DNA from: Phoronis australis
Lineage: Eukaryota; Animalia; Phoronida
Assembly: GCA_002633005.1 (NCBI GenBank)
Contig: NMRA01000475.1
Location: 197,242-261,241, forward strand
DNA length: 64,000 nt
Reading direction: 5' to 3'
In this document: positions 13,551 through 25,623 of the stretch, one piece after another
How the letters are laid out: each line of letters starts with the position of its first letter
Numbering within the stretch: position 1 is the first letter of the stretch
Program-made: the position numbers and the translations under genes
Notes under the pieces: model-generated
Told to the model about the DNA's origin: nothing
The model's input: the letters and a program-made list of their open reading frames with translations, nothing else
The model's database searches: none

Positions 13551-15744
13551 TATTACAAAGTCTTCAAGATGTTTTAACTGAAACAAGTCAAAGAATTTTA
13601 TTTCTTGGCATATGATATTAGCAACTGTACAGTATTACTGGTACCTAGGTACATTGAAACAAGACGACGTTGTTTTATTAAAACTTTGTCATGTGGATTA
13701 CTGGAAATTGTACAAATGAAGAAAAATATCGAACCAGTAGTAGTGGTTCCTTAGTACATTGAAACAGGAAAGCGTTTTTTATTGAAAATTTATCATACTA
13801 ATTATTGAAAATTGGGCAAATGAAGACAAATATCGAAATCCGGTCAGTTCGTAATCCCAGTAGTCTCGAAGGATTGACATCTTGTGCTTATTTTTCGTAT
13901 CCGTTTGATAGTCAAGGAAAATTTGAAAAATTGTCCGAGTTTCCTGTCCGATCCCCGGGATTTCTGTTTCAAAGGTCAGGGTTCGTGTTTTTAGGACTGG
14001 TTAATTGTACTGGATGTGCAGGAGTCTTGTTTTCGACTTCAGGATATGCTTTATGTGACCGAGGTTCCTGTTTCGATGGAACACCCTAGGTAAGTAGAAG
14101 TCGGATGGGCTTGGTTTGGGACACTCTTGATACATTGACGTATGCACCGTGGTATGATTAGGCCTACGGTGTACTAATGTTCGTGTGGAGTACATCTCTG
14201 TCAGTTACTACGTAAGCCAACTCGAGATATACAGCAGTCCAGGCCCACGGTACTCCTATAGACGATACAGGACGACCCGGTTCCAAACAAGACTGCTTTT
14301 ACGACTGACGAAATTCTTAACGAAAGGGTCCACGTTGGCAGTTCCAAACTCTACAAAGCCTGGGAACCCTTTTCTGACGTAAAGGGTTTTTAATATTTCC
14401 AGGATACAATTTGTTTGTCTAAGATGTACTCATTTTTGAAAACATGCTGTATTGTCTGCTGGCGAAGAATCCCTGGCCCACCCGGCCCCCACGAAAGGGT
14501 GAAGTGTATGGAATCCGTTTCTACAAAGAGGTAATGAAACAAAGTCCTAAGAAAGTGTAACATTTTCATGAAAGTTCTGCTCTCTTTTTCGAATCCTATC
14601 TCCAAATGAGGGTATCCTAATTTTCCATGCAACTGCGCGCACCGTCAAAATATACCCCAGCCCGAGATTTGCAACGGAATCGACGTCAGCGCAGCCGTGA
14701 GACCTACTCAGCCAGTGTATTCCATTCCTCGACAATGGTACATTGTTATGAATATAACACACTACTCACTTTTATAGATATCTCTGTATCACCTGCCGGC
14801 GGATCGGTACCAAAGATATACGACTGGATAGCCATGTCATTATTTGCCATGATGATTGCCGACGACTCAACCAGCGCCCTTTCCAGGTTCAGACTGTAGG
14901 TCCGTATGACCAGTAATGTCGCCAGGTCTTGGTAATCCTGAAGTCGCAAGTTACTTGTTCGTTCTCAGCGTGGGGTTACAGTTATGCGTATAGAGCAATT
15001 CCTTTATACCCCACTTATTATATACATTACCGAGAGGTGAAGGTCATGTCCTTTATGTTAGTTTGGAATACAGTCAGAACTCAACGCATGCGTGATGGAA
15101 TGCGGAGCAGGCCGCGGGATCTTTGTCAACTGAAGGTAGGTTTTGTTTGCTTTTTGCAGACGGTCAAGTTATCGATGTCATATCTCGACATGCTGTTTAT
15201 TAAGTTTTATTTTTAATTCAGTTTGGAGAGGGGGTAAAACCGGTCTAAGTTTGCTAAAGGATTCGAAATAAACAATAGACACGTGACACGACCTCACAAA
15301 TATCTTTCAAGTAAAACAAAAAAATCCGTGACTGGTAAAAACTTGTGTATTAACGATATTTCAAACCTTATTCACAAAAAATTGGCCGCTTTTACAATAT
15401 TTCACAAACATCTAGCAAAGTACCTTATTTTCATTCTCAGGAAACTTCAAATACGGAATGTATACCATGTAACCAGAAAAAAATTAGCGCTACCACCTTC
15501 AAGAGCGTGGAAATTAGTTTACTGCATATCCGAGGTCAAAGACATAGAGCAGCTCCGTATGTACCCCCAGTCCTTTCATTCACCGAGTAGACATAATATT
15601 GAGTCATCGAGGTGCAAATGCCATGGAAAGATGCCGCGGAAAACGAAGATAAAACGTTGCTTTTATCTTGAGGGAGTTGTGCGTCTACATGCATACCACC
15701 GTACGTTTAGAACGAATCGCTGCCGGCACCGCCTCTGTGACATT

Positions 15745-17025
15745 TAAAAAGGGTCTCATTAAAATCAACTAAGGGGTTATTTTCCTATGAATGTACCTGT
15801 CTTAAAAATCATGTTATTTTGACTTAAAAAGGTTGTAACGTAATAATAATAATGACACCTAAATTTTTACTAATTTACATAGTCTGTTTTTTATATATGA
15901 GTTAGAATGAAGGACACTAAATTATGTTTGAAATAACCTTAAAAAACCCAGCAGCAATTGACACCACGTGCATCACATATAACACATGGTGATATCTCGC
16001 GAAGTTTTGCGTGATGTTGCGTTTTCGCGTTCTATGAACGCACTCCCGATTTGGCAGTTCTTGTAATGCTAATGACAAACAAAAGTTCTTAGACCAAAAA
16101 TGTGTCGTTTCCCGGCGATACTAGGAGGGAATTTACCCGTCTGTCGCGAGGCGGACGCAGTCTTGTAGATTATGTATATTATCCACAGAACTATTTGATT
16201 TAATGGCTAGTGGCAATCTGGATAACGCGGTCTACTGCATTACGGATTTGCTGCGGCAGTGTGCCGTATCAACCATGAAAACTTATAAACACCTCAACAA
16301 AAGTTCGGAAATTTGTGTTCACTCGTCCGTATTTTCATTACCTTTGGTTTATTTAAATCATGTTGCATACCAATGGAAAGTTCAGTCATTTTTCCCTGTT
16401 TTTGCCAAGCAGTGTCATCACATGTGATAGCATGGCATGGAACTCCTGCTGTTAGCAGGCCCTGTATGAATAGCAATTATGCAAATTGTGTTTGGAGTGC
16501 CCAGTTTGCAGCTTTCTTCTAATGTAAAAATCCATTGTTCTGGCTCCATATGGAATGGCCCGCATGGAGACTTGAACCCTATAGAACACCTGTGAGACCA
16601 ACTCGGACTGATTTACGGCACTTATTGACTCATGAGTGGAATGCCATCACACAACAACGGGTCGCCAGGCTAGTAAACAGCATGCAAAGGAGGTGTGTCG
16701 CTGTAGTTTATGAAATTTGCTCGTCAACCCCAATTCCGAGAACACTATCACTACTGTGTATCAGTCAGTTGTTCGATAAATAAAGTGTTTAAGGTTATCT
16801 CAAACCTTATTTAGTGGCCTCCATTCTAACTCGTATATCAAAAAACTAAGCTTTGTCAACAAAAAGTATATATTTTCTGAAAGAAAAAAGATCAGGGAAT
16901 ATAAAAATATGTTTTTTATTTATGCACCATTATTTTTTTACGTTAACACCTTTTTTAAGTCAAATTTAATTTTTGAGAAAGCTGCATTCCTAACAAAATA
17001 ACCCCTCAACCGATTTTAACCCTTT
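15745..17025 (+). mobile_element. Decayed Tc1/mariner-type element
   Basis: Long imperfect inverted repeats ~15760-15855 and ~16925-17020. Transposase C-terminal remnant at 16550-16710 (EWPA..DLNPIEH, EWNAITQQRVARLVNSMQRRCVAVV). Confidence 0.7.
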
Positions 17026-17676
17026 TTAAATGAAAACTTCACCAGTTATCTCAAAAACGCTATTAGGCATAAATTTTGGGCAACTTAAATGGAACTATCT
17101 GTACTAATTACTTAATTAATATTTTATTTCGACAATCCTAAAGAGGTCTGGAAATTAATTAAACGCAATGTGCGGGCATCTTCTTCTACAATTAGTCCGC
17201 AGAAATGGCACGACTCTTTCAAGGATTTATTAAACCAAACTTTTTCTATTGACCACTATTTTGAGTGGACTGGCCACGCAGGATATGATTGAACACGATA
17301 GTTCCTGTTAAAAGTGTACTAATAATTACCCAGTTGATCTTAACACTTCTCAAATATACGAGGCCATTGAACAATTTACTAATGGCAGAGGGGGGGGGGG
17401 TTATGATGACGTTATTTTTGAAATGCTGAAGTGCAGTAAAGTAACGATAGTGCCAGTCTTGCATAAGTTATTTAATGCGACTTTTGATTCTGGGTATTAT
17501 CCCCAGACTTGTGTGACGCAATGCTTACTCCAGTGCATAAACAAGGTACTATCAATGACAAAAATAACTATACATGTATTTCCCTCCTGTCTGCACCGGG
17601 AAATATTTTTATCAGACTTTTAAATAACAGTCTTTATTGCTGGGCTGAAAATAATGATAAACGTTCTGAGTCTTAA

Positions 17677-19787
17677 AGGAGAATGCCACCGAAAAAACAA
17701 CCTATTTTGTATCAATTTAGATTGAGTAGTTCCACTCGATAACAGCAAGTACTGCCTAACGTTCAGTAACTCTAGGACCTCGCTAAAAAGCAAGACTTCG
17801 CGAGATTACATGAGATATTGCCGTGCATTTTAAATGAGAACACGTGACTTTGACTAGGTCTTAGGTAGGTCCTAGCGTAGGTCCTAGCGTCTACTGAACG
17901 CACGCCAGCTCTTTTACCTGACACTTGACGGCAGACGGAGGTGTTGAAATTAACCAATGACGTCAGAGGTTCGAATGCAGTCTGTTCAGCAGTACACAAC
18001 ACGCTTACTGGTGTCATCTTATCGCTTAAACTCATCGTTTTACACCAATAAATCACCAAAATTCGATGTAAAACCCTTAAAAATACATCGAGTTATTAAA
18101 CAAACGTGTTATTTTATTTCGCTGTTACGGATTTTTAGGTATTTGAACGTAAAGTTCGGCAGGCCAATTTACCGCAAGGTCGGTCGCGGGAGTTTGGGGT
18201 CTGTTTGATGATAAATCCAAATAATTCGTCTGTAAAATACAGACAGGAGAACATAGCTGCATGTTGTAATTTTTGACTTGCGATTTTTTAAGTTCTAAAC
18301 ACACGAAACGCTTGCTATCTCTGCCAGTGGCTCGGAACCCGATCAGGCCCATCGCGGCCGAACTGAAGACATCACGAACATAAACTAGCCAAAGTTGGAA
18401 ACTAAACTTCCAGTCACGAAAAGACTATATTAGTGAGGCAGAGAAAAAATGTGCACGCTGATCATTTTGGTGAATTAGCCGCGAAACTGCAAATCTACTT
18501 ACTTGCTCGTCGGGGGCCGCGAAGTCAGCCGTTACCATTCCACAGAATCGTCAGGACAAAAGTTGTACAATAACAATGATTCGAATAATGCATAAGAATA
18601 TCTAAATAAAGATCCCCCTAACATCTGACCATAGTATGTAAAATGGAGTTATTGTTTCACAATAGCTGTCTATCAGCAAACACTGAATTAGCATAAACTC
18701 ACACGGCCTCGGTGCCCGGTCAATTAGCCGGTTTATAGCATCTAAAGCCGGTAACGCAGTGATTCTCAGAACACTCCAAGGCATTACAAATTGTACCTAA
18801 TGAGACAGACTTTGTTTCAGTTTTATAAGCATTAGTTAGGTTGAGAATAATTCATTTTAACGGAAACACTTAACGCTCAATATAAACGTCAACGTGGCAA
18901 TTCGCAATCCCGACTTAGACGAGTGCTCATCCGACGAAGACTTCACAGGTCGATTGTTAGGTTTCACAGGAATACACTGATCAAGAAATAATAGAGAGGC
19001 TCCGTGAACGTGCACAGACAACGGAACATACGGAGAGTTCCGAATACCGTTTGAATGACTTGTCATGGTGTCAGTGAGCTAACTGCACGATAATGGAACG
19101 ACTATCGCTTCCGTTTGCTGCCACGAAATTCCGCAAGTGAAACGAATTCTTGGAGAAGCGCAGATGTGTCTCACAGACTATCCTGGTTTTGCACCGCATC
19201 GAAAAAAGGTGTGCTGACGACATTTTTTAGGCTTTGAAAAATATTTGGCAAAAACATCCTACTCCCGGAGGGCCAAACAGAAGCCCAACGAACAAGCCAG
19301 TCATCAAACAGGTTATAGAAAACGTTATGTTCTCACTCCTTGAATTAGTTGTAATTGTTTATGTTTTCATGGCCAACTACAATTATCCATAATCGAAAAT
19401 TGATCAACAACCGATCAGACGAAATGCAGGCCACTGCAAGACGTGGAGGAGTTTTACGACCTCATACTAGGTATCAACGGCATACTATTCATTCTTCACT
19501 ACCGCGAGCCACTTCCAAAGCTTTATGGACTCTCGAGGAAACCGAAAAAACAATATACCTGTTTTCCTCGCAGCTTCATAGTTCACACAAGCGGGAACGA
19601 TTCACCACACCATAGGGACACAGGCTCACTCTGCCGAAGAACCACTCTCGTCGCTGCGTCGTTTCTCATCTTCCTCACAGGTTAACGCGACACCTCTCAG
19701 CGAGGTAAGATTGACCGTATACGAGGTGATGTGGATTTAGACCGATCAAGACGGTAAAAGACTAATTAAATCAGCTGGCATTCTCCT
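17677..19787. mobile_element. Internally deleted Kolobok DNA transposon, copy 1
   Basis: TIR AGGAGAATGCCA ... TGGCATTCTCCT with TTAA on both sides (17673-76, 19788-91); removing it rejoins the LINE RT motif. KolX-like remnant on + (~18894-19200), THAP remnant on - (~19425-19613). Confidence 0.85.
17761..17899. mobile_element. ~140-bp MITE (TIR GTTCAGTA..CGCTAGGACCT); other copies ~35100-35238, ~38421-38538, partial ~50909-50950
   Basis: Near-identical core (CTCGCTAAAAAGCAAGACTTCGCGAGATTAC) at several loci, in both orientations. Confidence 0.8.
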
Positions 19788-20753
19788 TTAAGCTGGCTTT
19801 GGAAAGGGCTACTCTACGTTGACCAAGTGTTTACACTTCAAGCTATGTGTCACAAGTATTTGAGTCGGCAAAATGCTAAATTTTACTGCGCTTTTGTTGA
19901 CCTCTCAAAGGCATTTACTTGAATCCCTCATAATTTACTCTTCTACAGATTGAAAAATATCGATGTACACGGTAAGCTTTTCATCATACTCCGCTCTATG
20001 TATGATAAATTGCGCACTTGCGTGAAAGCTCAAGGTGGTCTTTCAGAGTTCTTTGGTTGAACTGTTGGAACTCGCATGGTTTGTTTGATCAGCCCACTAT
20101 TTGTGTCGTATCTAAATGAATTTCTGGATCAACTGGCTGCGAATAGTTATATTAATAGTACATATCTCATCGAGCAAATGCCAAGAGTCAATTCTCTGGT
20201 GTACGCAGAGAACATGGTGTTGTTCCTCTACCGCCGTCAAATTACAACGCATCCTAAAATGTTTGGCAGAATTTTACTAATTGTTGGCCATGCAAATTAA
20301 CTTGAAGAAAGCCAAATTGATCGTTTTCGGAAATGGCGGTCCCCTAAGACGATATGAGAAATGGTTCTACAAATGGAACTTTGGTCGATGTGGTGTCTCA
20401 TTACAAACACCTTGGACTGTTTATTGCCCCCCAAAAGTTTCGAGGACCAAAGCCATTAAAACATTATCTAGTCAACCAAATAACTGAAAGCTGCCTCTGC
20501 AATTTGTAAATTGAAGGGTAGATGTCGTGATCTACCTCTTTCGATAGCCTTTCACCTGTTCGATAAAATGGTTTACCCCTCTTTGCGCTGATATCAAAAA
20601 ATGGAAAATATTCATATCAAGTTTTGTAAACGCATTTTAAGAGTAGGCAGTTCTTGTTCTAACTCGGCAGTTATGGGAGAATGTGATCGATTCCCATTGT
20701 TTTCTAAATATTTTTTATCCTGTGTGAAATATTGGTTCAAAGTACTGAGGATA

Positions 20754-21242
20754 CAGTGGCAGATCTACGATTTCAGTAAGGGGGGGGGGGGNNNNNNNNN
20801 NNNNNNNNNNNNNNNNNNNNNNNNNNNNNNNNNNNNNNNNNNNNNNNNNNNNNNNNNNNNNNNNNNNNNNNNNNNNNNNNNNNNNNNNNNNNNNNNNNNN
20901 NNNNNNNNNNNNNNNNNNNNNNNNNNNNNNNNNNNNNNNNNNNNNNNNNNNNNNNNNNNNNNNNNNNNNNNNNNNNNNNNNNNNNNNNNNNNNNNNNNNN
21001 NNNNNNNNNNNNNNNNNNNNNNNNNNNNNNNNNNNNNNNNNNNNNNNNNNNNNNNNNNNNNNNNNNNNNNNNNNNNNNNNNNNNNNNNNNNNNNNNNNNN
21101 NNNNNNNNNNNNNNNNNNNNNNNNNNNNNNNNNNNNNNNNNNNNNNNNNNNNNNNNNNNNNNNNNNNNNNNNNNNNNNNNNNNNNNNNNNNNNNNNNNNN
21201 NNNNTTTAAACCCCCTGAAACCCCCCTGTAGATCCGCCTCTG
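20754..21242. mobile_element. GC-rich MITE (CAGTGGC.GATCT...AGATCCGCCTCTG) spanning the N gap 20792-21204
   Basis: Inverted termini flanked by GGATA on both sides. Related ends at ~25675, ~39890, ~44207, ~45700. Confidence 0.6.
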
Positions 21243-24200
21243 GGATACCTAGTAATCGTGTAGTAAACGCAGCTCAGGACATTTTTTTTTCAGTCAGATT
21301 TGATCGGAAGATCTTATAGCTGCGCAAGTTTTGTAAGGAAACTTTTGTCTGTATGTGGTTTTTCAGATGTATGGATTAATCAGGGTGTGAATGAACCAAG
21401 CGTATTTCTTAACAGTTTTTTCCCGGCGTGTCAGTGTCTGCTATTTGCAAGGGTGGCAATCTGATATCGAATCTGACGCAAAACTGTCTTACTATTTGGT
21501 TTTAAACAATGTATTGTTTAGAGAATTATTTAGAAATAGTGTCCAACGTGTTTTTATCCAGTCTCTGGCTCGATTGCCATGCTCAGAACATTCGATACTT
21601 GTGGAATGAGATCGCCGCATATTCCCTATGAAAATAGGTTGTGCAAGTTATGTAATTTGGGATGCGTAGGGGACGAATACCATGTCGTGTTAGTCTGCGG
21701 TGGAAACCTAGACCCTCGGGTTCTGTATATAAGTGATAGCTTTTGTCATTCTCAGACAACATCTAAATTTGAATCTCTCATGAGAACTCCGGATACCTCG
21801 CTTCTAAAATTCATGCAACACGCTCTCAAGCGTCACAGCTTACTATCCAGTTTTAACGCACCTGACAATGTATATATTTCAATAACTCGGTTCAAGCCTT
21901 TCGGAATATAGGCCCGGTTAATTTGATCACAGCAGAGTGAATATGATCGAAAGACAATAGAGGGAGTAAGGACTGGGGAAATTGACATTGCCTTCCGTAT
22001 TTCTAACCGCACGCCTACGGGAAACTCACCTTCAAAGCCCTGGGGGAGGGAGGCAGTGCCGATGAGATGCGAATTGTTTGGCATAGCTTTGTATCGCTTT
22101 TTAGCGTTTTTGTATCAGTATGGGACTTCATTTTAATGTAAGCAGGTGTGAATATTGTAATGAAAAATCATTATTTTTGCTTGGTACAGCTTTGGCTCTG
22201 TGGGTATGAATATATACTCGGGAACCCAATGGTCGTCCGCCTAAGCATAAAACCGGCTTGTTGTCGTACTCACCCAATTATTCCACTTCAAAGTTATGCT
22301 CTGCATAGAACTTGATTTGACTCTCACAAATCCATAGTATTAGTTGATTCAAAAGTTTTGTTTTATTTATGCCGAGTTGTTTGAAGTGTGCATTGCTTTT
22401 CGGCAACCATTTTATAATGACTCCTACGTTCGTCATATACTGCCGCCTTTTGAAAGAACAGAAAACCACACATAAAAAGGCCAAGGAAATAGTGGAAAGT
22501 GGTTTACAGCAATTCTACTTCAACCACAAACTGTTTTACTAGTTTGATATCAATTTTTAAATTGATTAAAATTGATTTAGAATTTCAGTTCTGGAAAATA
22601 AATCGCAATTGTTTTATTCCAGATAGACCTTACTTATTTTGTATTTGTGAGCTCTTTATTTGACTTTTTGCTCTTGTTGTTCTTAATAGTACCACTTATC
22701 TATGCTGTCTTTCTTTTTATTTTCAGTTTCTCTTCATTCTCTGTTACACCTTGTCAGCCAAAACAGAAAATGTAACCCTTTGAGACTTTTTCGGCGCAAG
22801 TTGATCATTGAACCTGTTGTTCTAATTGTTCTAATAAATTACCCAATATCGTATTGTTTGATTTTTTCTCACCTTTAACAGGCTTCTGAAATCATAAATA
22901 AATAAATAAATACCCAAGTTGCATTTGCATTTTATTGCTCAATCTCTTCTTTATTTTTGATTATGTCATGCTGTGTTGTATGCAGTAACAATGCAATATA
23001 GTGAAATAAAGTCAATGTTTTACTTTATTGGTGGCCATTCTCTATCAATTCAAGTATTTTAATTTTCTTCAAATAAATTCAAAATGCTTTGACCAAAATT
23101 TTCAACATAAATCTTGAGCTCAGTACTTTGTTTTGCAATAAAAAACAAGTGGACAATATTTTGATGACCAAGGCGTGGGCCGAAACTGTTAAGCACCCAG
23201 CGTGTTCCATTTGTCTGCTGCGTTTTTCCTTTGGCCTAACAGGTGTCGGTCAGTGCCTGGGACAAACAGATACATTGCATAAACAATCTCTGGGTTGTTT
23301 TTTGTTCCGTCTGAAGAAAATTTAATTTCGAAAATATCTTCTGAAAATGAACAAAAAAGTGCATTAGTAAAATCTACAAGTTTTTAAGTGATCTCAAAAA
23401 AGCAGTCGGTAAATGCATTAATTTTAGTTTCGGTTCTTCCATGCGTGTTTCTACCGAGAGGTTAGTACCTAAGGTGCAGACGAGCACTACAAATTGGAAC
23501 GCTAAGTCCCGCGTGGCTGCGCTGCACGCGAAAGAAGATGGCGGACGACCTTTGGAGCCTGACGACGATAGGTATCCGGACTATACTAAAACGTGATATT
23601 AAAAAATACCTGATATGTGTCACTCATATTTTGACCCTTCCTTCAATGGGTATTGGTACCCATTTAGCTCTAGTTAATTACAAACAGGGATTGTATTTTA
23701 AAGGGTACAAAAAGCAGACACAATTCTAGCTCTTTGTATTTTTCTCGTTTTGCTATGTAAAATGGTCTCAAGTCTGGAGTCTCACCTTACTCCCCCAAAC
23801 CCTTAAGTTGCCTTTTGATGCTTTCATTAAAGGTAAGGTGCTTATGTTGACTTTTGACAGGTATTCCGTGGCCAGATGTGGTATTTTGGTCTTTGACACT
23901 AAAAAAATTACGTTCGCACTTCTCTCTGCTTTGAAGCCGATTTTCATCCTGTCGCTCGATTTTGAAATTTGTCAAACTCGATTTGTAATTTATGGAAAGC
24001 CAAAGCGGAAAACATCCATCACACATACTTCCTATGCAAGATTTAAAAACCGCCAAAACATTATTCTTACTCTGCAGGAACACAAAATGCCACAAAACCA
24101 AAATTTTCAATGATGCAATAATTACAAAAACAGTTCAAAACGGTAATTTGTCTATGCAAGAACAAAAAACAAATCAATACCAAAATTTATTAAGTTAGGT

Positions 24201-24299
24201 CCAAAAATTCACTGTGCATGACCGAAAATTCAAACCGCCAGAAACAAAAATTTATCACGCCAGAAAATTTTCAGGCCAGCAAACCACACGATCACAACT

Positions 24300-24440
24300 C
24301 CACAAGCTTGAGGGCTGAGCGTGAACAATGTCTCGCCGACGGCCGTCATATTATCTGCATAAAAGAATGTCTTGATAGTCAGGTTATATGGAAGGTCATT
24401 TATGTATTTCAGAAAAAGAAATGGTCTGAGGGCACAAAAA
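24300..24440 (-). mobile_element. L2/CR1-type RT fragment
   Basis: LRPFLFLKYINDLPYNLTIKTFFYADN resembles LGPLLFLIYINDL...LFADD. Confidence 0.65.
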
Positions 24441-25348
24441 TGACGTACTTGACCTGCGTTGATTAATACTAGTGGAAAGTGCTGAGGGAGCATGCGCGTA
24501 ACCAGGGGGATTACCAAAGAGAACATTAGACGTAATCTGAGTAAATGTCCCACATTCCCAATATTAATAGCCCACTAAATGCAATTATGAAAACTTCTAT
24601 TGGTAAAAAAGTTCCTTTAGGTGCTACATGCATCGGTTGTAGTAATAATTATCTGACGCATTCTACTTAGCATATGTTTTGAACTATTATGACATGTCTA
24701 TGACGTAGTACGCTTCAACGGCATAGCCAACAGCTATTTGCGTTGTCATCATCACACGATATGGAAGGTCCTAAGAGTTTTGAGGTCTTCACAGTTTACT
24801 GAAAGAACTTCTGGTCGGTTGAGTGGTTACATGAAAGATAGGCCTATCACATTTGCAACGTTTATTTGGTGGCACGCCTTCGTGGTAGCCGAAGAAGCAC
24901 TATTGGTGCGATTCTACTGCAGACAACAAATCCTTGGTGTGGTTGGTGATACGCCAACCTTTTGAGTCATAGCTACAGAAAACCTGTGAAGGTCGTGGAT
25001 CGTCCTTCCATGTTTTTCAAAGTGTCCACGTACACCAGCGTGGCCTCTTTGACCATCGCGTAAATTTGATGACATCGACAGCCCAGTCCTGCAGTCTGAA
25101 GCAGGCGCGCTCCGTGAAAGAATTTATTATAACCTTTGATTTGAAGGAACAAACCACGGATGTTATAGGACAAAAACTAATACATATAAAAACATAGGCC
25201 TTGGCATATTGCTCATCGTCTTGCCAAGTAGGTAGGAACGACAGATGAGTTCCTGACCCTGTTCGAGTCCTAGTTTCTTGCCAACTTTCACGACTTCTGT
25301 ATCAGTATCACCCCTTTTACATTCTTCGGTCAAATCTGTAGCACATCT

Positions 25349-25623
25349 TCACTTTTTGTTAGTGCCGTTGCTGAGCGAAATGCATTTGTTGTCTGAATGT
25401 TCCGCATTACTGCAGGATGCTGTTCTTCCACATGCGATGAGACACTGTACTTTGCGTGACGCCATAGATGACGTTAGCGCTACCAGATCGCTAGGAAGGT
25501 CTGTTTCTATTTTGAAATGGATTCCATGTGCTTTTGAGAAATAATTTCTTCTAGCAGCAAATTTAACACAGTCGATAGATTGACTGTCTTGCAATGCCTT
25601 ACAATACAGGAACGCGGTGATAT
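25349..25623 (-). CDS. Putative Cys-rich exon, PAN/apple-like (possibly terminal exon or pseudogene)
   Basis: CTCTACTTACAG acceptor, phase 1, open to stop at 25349. SRKVQCLIACGRTASCSNAEHSDNKCISL has PAN-like C-x3-C-x5-C...C spacing. Confidence 0.3.

Larger units (their letters stand above)
17110..21910 (+). mobile_element. Degraded non-LTR retrotransposon (RTEX-like), interrupted by a Kolobok element, a MITE and an assembly gap
   Basis: RT motifs (SES*AGFGKGYST, CAFVDLSKAF, YAEN in place of YADD), HIKFCKRIL...GECDRFPL...KYWFKVL, and C-terminal RLCKLCNLGCVGDEYHVVLVC. Many stops and frameshifts. Confidence 0.8.

Noticed and set aside
19072-19077. TGA at a Cys position (WCQ*) as possible selenocysteine
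   Set aside because: It lies in a frameshifted transposon remnant with other lesions; ordinary decay is more likely.
20601-21209. 202-aa ORF
   Set aside because: Mostly an N gap; the real part is LINE sequence.
23538-23575. AAGATGGCGG start-like motif followed by a GT
   Set aside because: The reading toward the donor gives no recognisable product and no partner exons were found.
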